Source: Candidatus Poseidoniia archaeon
GTDB lineage: Archaea; Thermoplasmatota; Poseidoniia; MGIII; CG-Epi1
Assembly: GCA_030748895.1 (NCBI GenBank)
Contig: JASMLC010000003.1
Location: 3,621 to 67,620, forward strand
Reading direction: 5' to 3'
DNA length: 64,000 bases
Position numbers and translations under genes: made by a program. Shown one piece after another: positions 49,563 to 58,785 of this stretch. The first letter of the stretch is position 1; each line of letters starts with the position of its first letter. The notes beneath the pieces were generated by a model. That model was not told where the DNA came from, ran no database searches, and worked only from the letters and a program-made list of their open reading frames with translations.

Positions 49563-50702
49563 ATGATTGAACTGCCGATAGCAGCCGCGGCCGGGAAGAA
49601 TTGCGAAAGCGATGCGGGAGGGACGATAACGCATGTGCGCACGAGTCAGGCAGCAGCGCTGGTGATGGGGGCCGAGAAGGGGCAGTTCTACCGCGGGGCG
49701 AAACTGCACTCGATTAACGTCCTGCTCGACTATGAGGATGGCTGCCATGCGCGGTGCGGCTACTGCGGCCTGGCCAAGTCGCGCGAATCGGAGGATGACT
49801 GGACCGACCGCTCATTCATCCGGGTCAACTGGCCGCTGGTCTCTCTCGATCAGGTAAACGAGTCCATCAGCAGCGGCTCGGTGCCGGACATCGAACGCGT
49901 CTGCGTCTCGATGGTACTCAATCGCGGGGCGCGGGAGGATACGATTGACGCGGTCCGCAAGCTCTCGGAATCCACCTCACGCATCTCAATCCTGCTGATG
50001 CCAACGGTAATTGACAAGGAATGGCTAATCCGGGCGAAAGAGGCAGGGGCCGACATGGTCGCCACTGCGCTTGACGCGGCGACCCGTAAGGTGTTCAACT
50101 CCGTGCGCGGCAAGGACGTGCAGGGGCCGCTGGACTGGGATCAGTACTGGGAAATCGTCGTCGACACCATCGAGGTCTTCGGCCCGCGCAACGCCGGCAT
50201 CCACCTTGTCGCAGGGCTGGGCGAGACCGAGCAGGAGATGGTGGCGACCATGCAGGAGGCGTACGACATGGGCGCGCTGACGCACCTTTTCTCGTTCAAC
50301 CCCGAGCCTGGAACGGCCCTCGGCGAGTGGCCGCAGCCGCCAATCGGTTCCTACCGCCGCATACAGCTCGCGCGCTACATCATCAACGAGCATTTCGGCC
50401 GCGGCGACGCGATGGCCTTTGATGACAAGGGGAATATCGTGGACTTCGACCTCGAGTCGGAACTGCTCAAGCAGCTCATTGACGAGGGGAAGGCGTTCAT
50501 GACATCGGGCTGTGCCGGGAAAACGGTCGATTGCGCCTGCAATCGACCGTTCGGGAACTGCACGCCCTACCAGGCGGCGCAGGGACGCTGGCGCAACTTC
50601 CCGATTCCACCCGAGGAATCCGATATCGTCCACGCGCGGCGGCAGCTGCTGGACTACGACGGAAAGGAGGATGAGGAAATTGATCCCTTTGACGATGACT
50701 GA
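49563..50702 (+). CDS. lipS2: Radical SAM lipoyl synthase subunit LipS2
   Basis: CHARCGYC (CX3CX2C) and C-terminal TSGC...CNRP motif. Confidence 0.82.
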   Translation: MIELPIAAAAGKNCESDAGGTITHVRTSQAAALVMGAEKGQFYRGAKLHSINVLLDYEDGCHARCGYCGLAKSRESEDDWTDRSFIRVNWPLVSLDQVNESISSGSVPDIERVCVSMVLNRGAREDTIDAVRKLSESTSRISILLMPTVIDKEWLIRAKEAGADMVATALDAATRKVFNSVRGKDVQGPLDWDQYWEIVVDTIEVFGPRNAGIHLVAGLGETEQEMVATMQEAYDMGALTHLFSFNPEPGTALGEWPQPPIGSYRRIQLARYIINEHFGRGDAMAFDDKGNIVDFDLESELLKQLIDEGKAFMTSGCAGKTVDCACNRPFGNCTPYQAAQGRWRNFPIPPEESDIVHARRQLLDYDGKEDEEIDPFDDD

Positions 50703-51717
50703 AACTCGCCAGGATATCATCGATTTCTGTATGACTGCCCCCGAGGCGGAGCTCGAGCCGCTTTTCGAGCAGGCGTGGACGCAGTCCCGCCAGCGTTTTG
50801 GCAACAGCATCTCACTCAATGTTCCCGGAATGGTCTCGTACGAGACTGAGCACATTGCCGAAGACGACCCCTTCCGGTTCCCCTCGATTTCGATTACCGG
50901 CCCCGCCTGCTCCCTCGGCTGCGAGCATTGCGATGCGAAGATGGTTGAGACCATGATACCAGCCACCACTCCGGAGGCGCTCTGGGATATGTTTCTCAAA
51001 ACCGTCGAGCGGGGGGGCACCGGCTGCCTTGTGAGCGGTGGCTCGACCCTCGCGGGCGATGTGCCGCTACTGCGGTTCATCCCGACCATCAAGCGCGCCA
51101 AGCAGGAGCTGGGGCTCGCGATTGTCGTCCATACGGGCGTCGTCTACGAGGAGGTGGCCGCCGCGCTGGGAGAAGCAGGTATCGACGGGGCGATGCTCGA
51201 TATCATGGGCTCGAACGACACCATCCGCGAAATCTACCACCTCGACCTCATGAAGGAGGCGTTCGAGCATTCGATGGAGCTGCTCAACAGGTACGGAGTG
51301 CCGCTGATGCCGCACATCGTGGTCGGGCTGCAGCGCGGTGAGTTGCGGGGCGAAGCCGAAGCAGTGCGCATGATTGCCCGCCACAACCCGGAGCGGGTGA
51401 TGGTAGTCGCGTTCAAGCCACTGCTCGGGACACCGATGGAGAACTCGCCCACCAGCACCCCGCTGGAGATTGCCCGCGTAGTGCTCGCCTGCCGGCTGGC
51501 GATGCCGGATACGACGGTCATCATGGGCTGCGCGCGCCCGCCGGGGGAGCACAAGGTCGAGACCGACCGACTGGTCATCCGGGCCGGGGTGAACGGGATG
51601 GCGTACCCTTCCGAGGAAGGGCACGACTTTGCGCGCGAGCTGGGGCTCGACATCTCGGTCTCGTCGGGCTGCTGCTGCCTGATGGATGACGAAGCGAAGG
51701 GAGGCTGCTGCAATTGA
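50695..51717 (+). CDS. lipS1: Radical SAM lipoyl synthase subunit LipS1
   Basis: CSLGCEHC, GCARP and terminal CCC motifs; start uncertain (50671-50695). Confidence 0.82.
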   Translation: MTETRQDIIDFCMTAPEAELEPLFEQAWTQSRQRFGNSISLNVPGMVSYETEHIAEDDPFRFPSISITGPACSLGCEHCDAKMVETMIPATTPEALWDMFLKTVERGGTGCLVSGGSTLAGDVPLLRFIPTIKRAKQELGLAIVVHTGVVYEEVAAALGEAGIDGAMLDIMGSNDTIREIYHLDLMKEAFEHSMELLNRYGVPLMPHIVVGLQRGELRGEAEAVRMIARHNPERVMVVAFKPLLGTPMENSPTSTPLEIARVVLACRLAMPDTTVIMGCARPPGEHKVETDRLVIRAGVNGMAYPSEEGHDFARELGLDISVSSGCCCLMDDEAKGGCCN

Positions 51718-53372
51718 GCCGCGAAGCGGGAAAGTGGCGGTTGCTCGACACCGGCGTCCACACCGCCGCCGAGAACATGGCGCTGGACCAGGCACTCTTC
51801 GACGCGCGCGTTGCCGGCGAGGTCCCGAACACGCTGCGCTTCATGCAATTCTCACCTTCGGCGGTGCTCGTTGGCCACCACCAAGTAGTTGCCCAAGAGG
51901 CACGGGTTGACTGGTGCGCGAAGCACAGTGTCGATATCAACCGGCGATTGACTGGCGGCGGCGCGATTTACTTTGACGCGACCCAGATTGGGTGGGAACT
52001 GGTCGGCTCCCTCGACGATTTTACGGGCCGGGACATGACCGGGCTGACCCGTACCATCTGCGAGGCGGCCGCCGCCGGCCTGCAGGAACTCGGAGTGGCG
52101 GCGGAGTTCAGGCCGCGCAACGACATTGAGGTCGAGGGACGCAAAATCTCGGGCACCGGCGGGGTCGCCGACGACGGGGTCTTCCTCTACCAGGGGACGG
52201 TGCTGGTCGAGTTCGACATCGAGGCGATGCTGCTGGCGCTACGCATTCCGAACGAGAAACTCACGCCGCGAGGGCTCGAGACCGCTCGCGAGCGGGTCTC
52301 CTGCCTTTCGGACCTGCTGTCGCAGGTTCCCGCGAGGGAGCAAATCCAGGCGGCGCTCGCCAGCGCCTTCGCGCACGCCTTCGAAATCGAGTTCGAAACC
52401 GGCGAGCTGACGGCATGGGAGCAGGAGCGATTTGCGTCAAAACTGCCTGAAATCGAGTCGGACGACTGGATAAACGCCATCACGGCGCCGGCCGAGGACA
52501 AGCAAATCTACACTTCAATCCACAAGCGACCGGGAGGGATGCTGCGCATTCACGCCGCGGTCGACGTCAAGCGCTCGTGGCTGCGGCAGGTCCTGATTAC
52601 GGGCGACTTCTTCATCAATCCCCGCCGGGCAATCATGGACCTGGAGGCGGAGTTGATGAACACCCCGTTTCCCCAGGTGCGCCCGGTCATCATGCGCTTC
52701 TTCGAAAAGCACAAGGTGGATCTGGTCGGGCTCACCCCGGGGGATTTCTGCGACGCGGTCAAGCTTGCGCTGGAGCAGACCACCTACAGTGGCATCGGGA
52801 TTGCGGAGGCGGACTCGAGCTCGGTCTATCCCGTAAACGTCCCCGAAGGCAAGAGCATCGAGCAGGTTATGTCGGACGCGACCGTCATGTTGCTCCCCTA
52901 TTGCGCAAAGCTGCCTGATTGCGACTACCGCTTCAAGCAGGGATGCGACGAGTGCGGTCTCTGTAGTATGGGTGATGCCTACCGCATGGCGCGGGAGAAT
53001 GGGCTGGAAGCGGTCACCATCGTCAAGTTCAAGCATCTCAAGGCAACACTCGCTGAAATGAAGGCGCAAGGCGTCAAGTCCTGGATTGGTTGCGCTTGCG
53101 AGGCGTTCTTCATCAAGCGCAACGAGGCGTTCCGTGACGCCGGGATTCCCGGCGTGGTGCTGGATATCGTTGGCAAGACTTGCTACCAGCTGGGCGAGGA
53201 GGGCGAGGCGTACGCTGGCACCTTCGAGGCGCAGGCGGACCTGAAGCTGCCGCTGCTGGAGGCGGTAATGGACAACGTCAACCCGGAATTCAACGCCAGG
53301 TTCATTCAACCCACGACGCCTACTACGACCGCCGACCAGCATGCCAGCGCCGAGCGGAATTTCAGCGTATGA
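51714..53372 (+). CDS. lplA: Lipoate:protein ligase sLpl(AB) type with extra Cys-rich C-terminal (DUF116-like) domain
   Basis: NMALD, RRLTGGGAIYFD, RNDIEVEGRKISGTG, GDFF; tail LLPYC...CDECGLC...IGCACE. Confidence 0.88.
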   Translation: MSREAGKWRLLDTGVHTAAENMALDQALFDARVAGEVPNTLRFMQFSPSAVLVGHHQVVAQEARVDWCAKHSVDINRRLTGGGAIYFDATQIGWELVGSLDDFTGRDMTGLTRTICEAAAAGLQELGVAAEFRPRNDIEVEGRKISGTGGVADDGVFLYQGTVLVEFDIEAMLLALRIPNEKLTPRGLETARERVSCLSDLLSQVPAREQIQAALASAFAHAFEIEFETGELTAWEQERFASKLPEIESDDWINAITAPAEDKQIYTSIHKRPGGMLRIHAAVDVKRSWLRQVLITGDFFINPRRAIMDLEAELMNTPFPQVRPVIMRFFEKHKVDLVGLTPGDFCDAVKLALEQTTYSGIGIAEADSSSVYPVNVPEGKSIEQVMSDATVMLLPYCAKLPDCDYRFKQGCDECGLCSMGDAYRMARENGLEAVTIVKFKHLKATLAEMKAQGVKSWIGCACEAFFIKRNEAFRDAGIPGVVLDIVGKTCYQLGEEGEAYAGTFEAQADLKLPLLEAVMDNVNPEFNARFIQPTTPTTTADQHASAERNFSV

Positions 53373-53379
53373 GGCACTG

Positions 53380-54435
53380 ATGCCCCTGGAGTGGGACCTA
53401 ATCGTGGTCGGTGGCGGCCCCGGGGGCGCCGCCGCGGCCGCCGTTGCGGCCGTGGCGGGACTGGAGACGCTGTTACTCGAGCGCGGCGGGACGTTGCGGC
53501 ACAAGCCATGCGGCGGAATCCTGCCCGAAATCACCGAGGAACTCATCGAGGAAGTGTTTGGCGCCCCGCTGCCGCCCGAGGTGCTGGCGGAGCAGGGGGA
53601 GCTTCGCCTGCGCTACACCCCCCCGAGCGGCGAGGCGAACGGCGGACGCGTGCGGGAGAGTCGCCTGCTCAACGTGAAGCGAGACCATTTCGACCAGTGG
53701 CTGCGCGACCGCGCGGCGCTCGCGGGCGCGACCGTGCAGCATGACGCGCGGGTTTCGGACGTGGAAGCGAACGGCGGATTCAGCATCAGCTACAGCCAGC
53801 GTGGCAAGGAGCGGCAAGCAACGGCTGCACAGCTGGTGGGCGGTGACGGAGTCCACTCACTGGTTCGGCGCAGGCTCGCGCCAGACGCGGCCGCGCCGAA
53901 AATGCTCGTCGGCCAGCGGCTGGTGCGGGTCGCTGGTGAATTGCCGGCCGACTTCCACTGCGTTTTCGCCGGGATGCTCAGCCCGTTCTACGCCTACACC
54001 GTACCGAAGGGCGGGCTGCTCAAGATCGGGAGCGGGATGACTGAGGAGGAACGGACCGACCTGATGCCATCGCTCGACCGCTTCAGCGAATGGCTCGAGC
54101 AGAACGGCATAGCCAAGCTCGGCGAAGTGGTCCAGCAGGAGGGCTGGGCAATCCCCTTCGGGGAACCGCGGCTCGACGCTGCGGGTGCGCTGCTCGTCGG
54201 CGACGCGGCAGGGCTCTGCAACCCACTCTCGGGGGAGGGCATCCGGCTGGCCATCGAGAGCGGACAGTTGGCGGCCGAGGCGATTATCGAGTCGGGAGCG
54301 CGGTCGCCTGTACAGAACTACCGTGAAGGCGTCGCCGGCATCGCACAGATGGTAGCCGCGCTGCATCGCATCGTGCTCGCCACCGACGATGAAACGCGCG
54401 AAAAGTTCGTCGCCGCTGAACTCGCTCGCCCGTAG
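53380..54435 (+). CDS. lipT: FAD-dependent geranylgeranyl-reductase-like oxidoreductase, probable LipT
   Basis: GGGPGG, KPCGG, GDAAGLCNPLSGEGI; last gene of the lipS/lpl module; start ATG at 53380. Confidence 0.75.
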   Translation: MPLEWDLIVVGGGPGGAAAAAVAAVAGLETLLLERGGTLRHKPCGGILPEITEELIEEVFGAPLPPEVLAEQGELRLRYTPPSGEANGGRVRESRLLNVKRDHFDQWLRDRAALAGATVQHDARVSDVEANGGFSISYSQRGKERQATAAQLVGGDGVHSLVRRRLAPDAAAPKMLVGQRLVRVAGELPADFHCVFAGMLSPFYAYTVPKGGLLKIGSGMTEEERTDLMPSLDRFSEWLEQNGIAKLGEVVQQEGWAIPFGEPRLDAAGALLVGDAAGLCNPLSGEGIRLAIESGQLAAEAIIESGARSPVQNYREGVAGIAQMVAALHRIVLATDDETREKFVAAELARP

Positions 54436-54470
54436 CAACGCGCTCTTTAACCGGCGCAGGCTCCCGCGGC

Positions 54471-55700
54471 GTGGCCCATGTCGTGATGCTGCGCACCCGC
54501 CTCACCAGCGGCGCGCAGCCCGAGCCGGTCGTCGCCGACACCGCCGCTTCGCTCGCTGCGCTGGACCACGAAGTGACGCTGCTGGCATGGGACCGCGACG
54601 GTGATAGCGACTGCGAAGCGCAGGCCGGGTGGGGGCGCCTCGTGCGCTACCGGCGCGCCTGCTCGCTCAACGCACCGCTGGCGTTCGTGCGCGAGCTGCC
54701 GCGCTTCTGGTGCTGGTGTCTGCGGCGGATTATTGCCTTGCGGGGAGGTGATCTCGTAATTCACGCGCACGACCTCGACACGCTGCCGCTCGGTCTGTTT
54801 GCGGCGCGACTGCTGCGCGCGCCGCTGGTCTACGACTGCCACGAGAATTATCCGGCGCTGGTCGAAGGCGCCGTATCGCACCGTGCGGCGCTGCGGCTGC
54901 ACCAGCTCGAGGCGCGGCTGCTGCGCCGCTGCGATGGCGTGCTGGCAGCGGGACCGCAGGGCTTCGCACGGCTGACCGCGATGCGACACGAGGGGGGCGG
55001 CGCGCCGTTCAGCGCGCCGCTGGAGGAAGCGCTCGCAGTCCTGAAACTGCCGCAGCCGGAGCTGGTTCGCGACGGGGTTGCGCTGGTCGGCAACCTGAAA
55101 CGGCTGGAGGATTATCCAGCCGCGACGATCGCGGCACGGAAACCCGGAAAACAGCTAAAAGTTCTTTATATAGGTGTCCTCGAGAAACGGCCGTCGCGCG
55201 GAATCCTCGAAACCGCGCTCGCTATCGAAGGGCTGCGCGACGTCGAGTTTCAGATTGGCGGCTTCGGAACGCTGGTGCCGCAGCTCGAACGGCTCTGCCG
55301 GCGGCTGCGCCACAGCCGCTACCTCGGCCCGGTCCCGCCCGGCGATGTGGCACGGTTGACGCTGGAAGCGGACGCGGTGCTGATGGCGCTCGACCCAGCC
55401 AACCTCAACAGCCGGCTCAGCGCACCCAACAAGCTGTTCGAAGCGATGTGCGCCGGCGTACCGGTCATTACCTGCAGCGAGCTGCTGATGGGGCATTTTG
55501 TCGCCGACGAACAAATCGGCGCCACCTTCGCGTGGGGCGACTGGCGGGCGCTGCGCCGCAGCGCCCGCGAGCTGCGCGACTCCCCTGCCACGCGCGACGC
55601 GATGGGACGCCGCGGCCGCGCGCTGGCTGAGTCGGGATTCCACTGGGACGCGGCTGCCGAGCGGCTGGCGCGGCTCTATGACTCGGTGCTGAAACGGTAG
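54471..55700 (+). CDS. GT4-family glycosyltransferase
   Basis: HAHDLDTL, VYDCHE, PNKLFEAMCAGVPVI. Confidence 0.88.
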   Translation: MAHVVMLRTRLTSGAQPEPVVADTAASLAALDHEVTLLAWDRDGDSDCEAQAGWGRLVRYRRACSLNAPLAFVRELPRFWCWCLRRIIALRGGDLVIHAHDLDTLPLGLFAARLLRAPLVYDCHENYPALVEGAVSHRAALRLHQLEARLLRRCDGVLAAGPQGFARLTAMRHEGGGAPFSAPLEEALAVLKLPQPELVRDGVALVGNLKRLEDYPAATIAARKPGKQLKVLYIGVLEKRPSRGILETALAIEGLRDVEFQIGGFGTLVPQLERLCRRLRHSRYLGPVPPGDVARLTLEADAVLMALDPANLNSRLSAPNKLFEAMCAGVPVITCSELLMGHFVADEQIGATFAWGDWRALRRSARELRDSPATRDAMGRRGRALAESGFHWDAAAERLARLYDSVLKR

Positions 55701-56710
55701 TCATCCAGCTCCGCTTCGGGGACGATGACCGGCTCGGCATCGACCTGCCGGATTTCGAGCATACCGGCCCGCGGCGCGTCGAATTGCGGCATTTGCGGCC
55801 GGCGCCCCTCAACAAGGTCGACAATCGCGGCGGCAAAGTTGGCGCCGGCGCCGGTGTAGAGCCAGGGGCGCGCCGCGAAGCGAGCGTTGATTTCGGTAAC
55901 GAGTGGTCGGCCGTCGCGGTCCTCGCGCAGGTCAACCGAGACCGTGCCCGAGCCGTCGAGTCGTTCGCAGATTGCGGCGCCGATGGTATTGAGCCGCTCG
56001 TCGTGGAGCGTGCGGCCGGTGCGAATGTTGCCGGTGATGCCGGAGACCGCCGCGGCTGCCATCAGGTAGTCGAGCCGCTCCGACGAACCGGAGGTAACCA
56101 GCTCGCCTTCCCACAGGATGCCGGTCCAGTTGAAATTGCGGCACGGCAGGTATTCCTGCACCAGCCACTTCCAGCGCCGCTCGCGCCAGTAATGCAGCCA
56201 CGCCGTCGCCTCGTCCAGCTCGCGCACCAGGATTGACCCGCGGCCGCCCGCGCCCGACGCGGCGCGCAGCCAGAGCGGCGGCTCCAGCTCGTCGAAGGCG
56301 TGCGCGAGGTCCGCTGCGGTGCGCACTGCGAGCGTGCGCGGAGTCGCCACCAGCCCGTCGAGGAACTTGACCGTGCGCCCCTTGTCGAGGAAAGTCGCAA
56401 CGAGGCTCTCCGGCAGCGCGAAGAGCGGCGCCGCAAGGCGGTCGCGCTGCGGCGAAACCAGCCCCAGCTCGCCGTCCGGGTTGCAGAGCACCAGCCCGAT
56501 GCCCTCGTCGGCGATAATCGCGTTGAGCGCATCGTAGTAGCCGGGGTCGCGCGCCGGCGGTGCGGGGTGCACCGCGTCGGCGACCTGCTTGCCGATGAGC
56601 AGGTTGCGCGGGTCCATGTCGGTACCGACGACCGCGTGCCCCGCCTGGCGCAGGCTGCGCGCGAGGTCCATGCCGATATTTCCGCCGATGCCGGTGACCA
56701 GGATCTTCAT
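55676..56710 (-). CDS. ATP-grasp enzyme (carbamoyl-phosphate-synthase-like short form)
   Basis: ILVTGIGG, GAGGRGS, VQEYLP, TEINARF. Confidence 0.85.
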   Translation of the reverse strand: MKILVTGIGGNIGMDLARSLRQAGHAVVGTDMDPRNLLIGKQVADAVHPAPPARDPGYYDALNAIIADEGIGLVLCNPDGELGLVSPQRDRLAAPLFALPESLVATFLDKGRTVKFLDGLVATPRTLAVRTAADLAHAFDELEPPLWLRAASGAGGRGSILVRELDEATAWLHYWRERRWKWLVQEYLPCRNFNWTGILWEGELVTSGSSERLDYLMAAAAVSGITGNIRTGRTLHDERLNTIGAAICERLDGSGTVSVDLREDRDGRPLVTEINARFAARPWLYTGAGANFAAAIVDLVEGRRPQMPQFDAPRAGMLEIRQVDAEPVIVPEAELDDYRFSTES

Positions 56711-56734
56711 CGGCCGTGCACGCTTGGGCCGGTA

Positions 56735-58186
56735 TTAAGTGTTGAAGTCCAATACCTGCGTCTCGAAGCTCTGCAAGTTGACCGCGATGGCGCGGTTGGG
56801 GTCGGGCTGGAAGCCCATCATGCGCTGGAAGTCGGTCTGCGACTGCCAGGTTCCCGGGTTGAGCAGCAGCATCCCCTGATGCCGCTCGACCCCGCACGAA
56901 TGGACGTGGCCGGTGACAAAGATGTCGGGCATTTCACGAATCAGCATGTGGTCCTGATCCTCCGGCGCGAGCGGGGTCTTGCCGCCGTAAATCGGCGCCA
57001 GGTGGCGGCGCAGCAGCAGCTCCTTCATCATCAGGATGGGCTTGTCGTAGGTCAGGTCGCGCAGGCTCACGAGGTCGTCGAACGACTTGCCATGGTAGCA
57101 GAGCACATTGACCCCGGCCAGGTCGAGCAGAGCCGGGTTGGCGGTGAAGGTGACGCCGGGCGGGTAGCGCTCCTGCACGCGCTCCGGCAGCGGTAGCTGC
57201 GGCTCCATCAGCCGCACGGCGTCGTGGTTGCCCGGCAGGACGATGACCTGAATGTCGGGCGGCAGCTTCTCCAGCTCGCGCTGCATCACCGCATACTGCT
57301 CCCAGACGTCGGTAATCTCCAGCTCCGCCTCCTGCCCGGGGTAGGCATCGATGCCGTCAACCACGTCGCCCGCCAGCACCAGGTAGCCCGGGCGTGGAAT
57401 CCACTCGCGGTGGTAGTCGACGTCACCATTCAGCCACGCCACGAAGCGGTCCCACTGCGCCTGCTGGAAGGTGTTGCTGCCGATATGCAGGTCGGAGATG
57501 AAGAGCGCGGTCCACGGCTCCGCCGCGCGCCCCGGCTCGCGGGCGCGACCCTGGTAGGGGCGTACGATGGGGCCGTTGGCGAACAGCATGTCACCGCGGC
57601 GGCTCAGGCGGCCCGAAATCCCGATAACCTCGTCGTGCAGCAGGTTGTGGCTCGCCTCGTCCGCCTCGCCAAACATCACCGCCAGGCGGCCGTCCGGGTC
57701 CTCCAGCACCGCATGCACGCGGCCGCCCTGCAGCTGTCGCACCTCGGCGACCATCCCGACCACCGTGCTCTCGCCGTCGGGGTCGACCTGCCGCAGCCCG
57801 CTCGCGTCGCGCATCGCCGGGTCGCGTCGCACCAGCCGCGCCAGCGTGCGGAAGCGGTCGTTGAAGAGCGCGACATAGCTCTGTAATTGGCCGTCGGCGC
57901 GGGTGCGCCCGATTTGCCGCTGGATGATGACCGGCGGCAGCGCACCGGTCGCCTCGCGGACAATCGGCGTCGGCTCTTCCGGCTCAGGGAGCAGGTCGCC
58001 GAGGCCGAGGAAAAGCTGCGGCGAATCGAGCGCCAGTAGCGACTGCTCGAGCCAGCCGAGGCCGTTGGGATGCGCGACGACGCGCTCAACCAATTCCGGC
58101 GACGGCAGCATGTTGCGCTGCGAAAGCCATGCTACCACCTCCTGCTCGTCCGCGGCCAAGTTCAGCCCCAATGGGGGAGTCGGCAA
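56735..58186 (-). CDS. polB: DNA polymerase D small (proofreading) subunit DP1
   Basis: OB fold then SDLHIGS, GDVVDG, PGNHD, YHG, GHVH, NPGTWQ.QT.FQ; start uncertain. Confidence 0.95.
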   Translation of the reverse strand: MPTPPLGLNLAADEQEVVAWLSQRNMLPSPELVERVVAHPNGLGWLEQSLLALDSPQLFLGLGDLLPEPEEPTPIVREATGALPPVIIQRQIGRTRADGQLQSYVALFNDRFRTLARLVRRDPAMRDASGLRQVDPDGESTVVGMVAEVRQLQGGRVHAVLEDPDGRLAVMFGEADEASHNLLHDEVIGISGRLSRRGDMLFANGPIVRPYQGRAREPGRAAEPWTALFISDLHIGSNTFQQAQWDRFVAWLNGDVDYHREWIPRPGYLVLAGDVVDGIDAYPGQEAELEITDVWEQYAVMQRELEKLPPDIQVIVLPGNHDAVRLMEPQLPLPERVQERYPPGVTFTANPALLDLAGVNVLCYHGKSFDDLVSLRDLTYDKPILMMKELLLRRHLAPIYGGKTPLAPEDQDHMLIREMPDIFVTGHVHSCGVERHQGMLLLNPGTWQSQTDFQRMMGFQPDPNRAIAVNLQSFETQVLDFNT

Positions 58187-58224
58187 AACAGTTGTCCCTT
58201 TTTCCCCTCCACGGCTGGCGCGCC

Positions 58225-58611
58225 ATGACTCCCCTCGAAATCGCTGGCCTGCTGCTGCTAGCGCTGTTTGCTGGCGCAGCGTGGCGCGAAGTGGTGTGGC
58301 GGCTGCGGAAGCGGCAGCTAGAGCAGGTGGCCATCAGCCGCTCGCGCAGCGTGCTGGGCGGCAAGTTCGCCGAGCAGCTGGCGCCGTTCCTGCCCGACTT
58401 CCCCGCCGACCCCACGGAAGCGCGCTTCCTCGGCAGCCCGGTCGACCTGGTCGTCTTCCCCGGGCTCGCGGAAGGCAATCCGCGCGAAATCGTCTTTGTC
58501 GAGGTCAAGTCAGGCAACGCACGGCCGACCGCGGTCCAGCGGCGGCTCGAGGCGCTTGTCGCGGAGGGGCGCGTGCGCTGGAAATTGCTCCGCGTCAACC
58601 TCCCTCGCTGA
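58225..58611 (+). CDS. Membrane-anchored Holliday-junction-resolvase-like endonuclease (Endonuc_Holl type)
   Basis: N-terminal TM, SRSVLGGKFAEQLAPF...ARFLGSPVDLVVF...FVEVKSG (PD-(D/E)xK); start ATG at 58225. Confidence 0.85.
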   Translation: MTPLEIAGLLLLALFAGAAWREVVWRLRKRQLEQVAISRSRSVLGGKFAEQLAPFLPDFPADPTEARFLGSPVDLVVFPGLAEGNPREIVFVEVKSGNARPTAVQRRLEALVAEGRVRWKLLRVNLPR

Positions 58612-58785
58612 AGCCCTCGAGAACGCGCGGCGGCCGGTATTTAGTCGCGCTCCACCTGCGCCCCGGACAGCCGGCCGCGGCGGCGAGAGGGGGGTTAAAA
58701 ATCAGCACCCCGCGCCGCGCCGGTCCACAGCGTTTATACGCGGACTGCTATACCTGCGGTCCCGCGGTTGAGCGGGTTCCCACTA

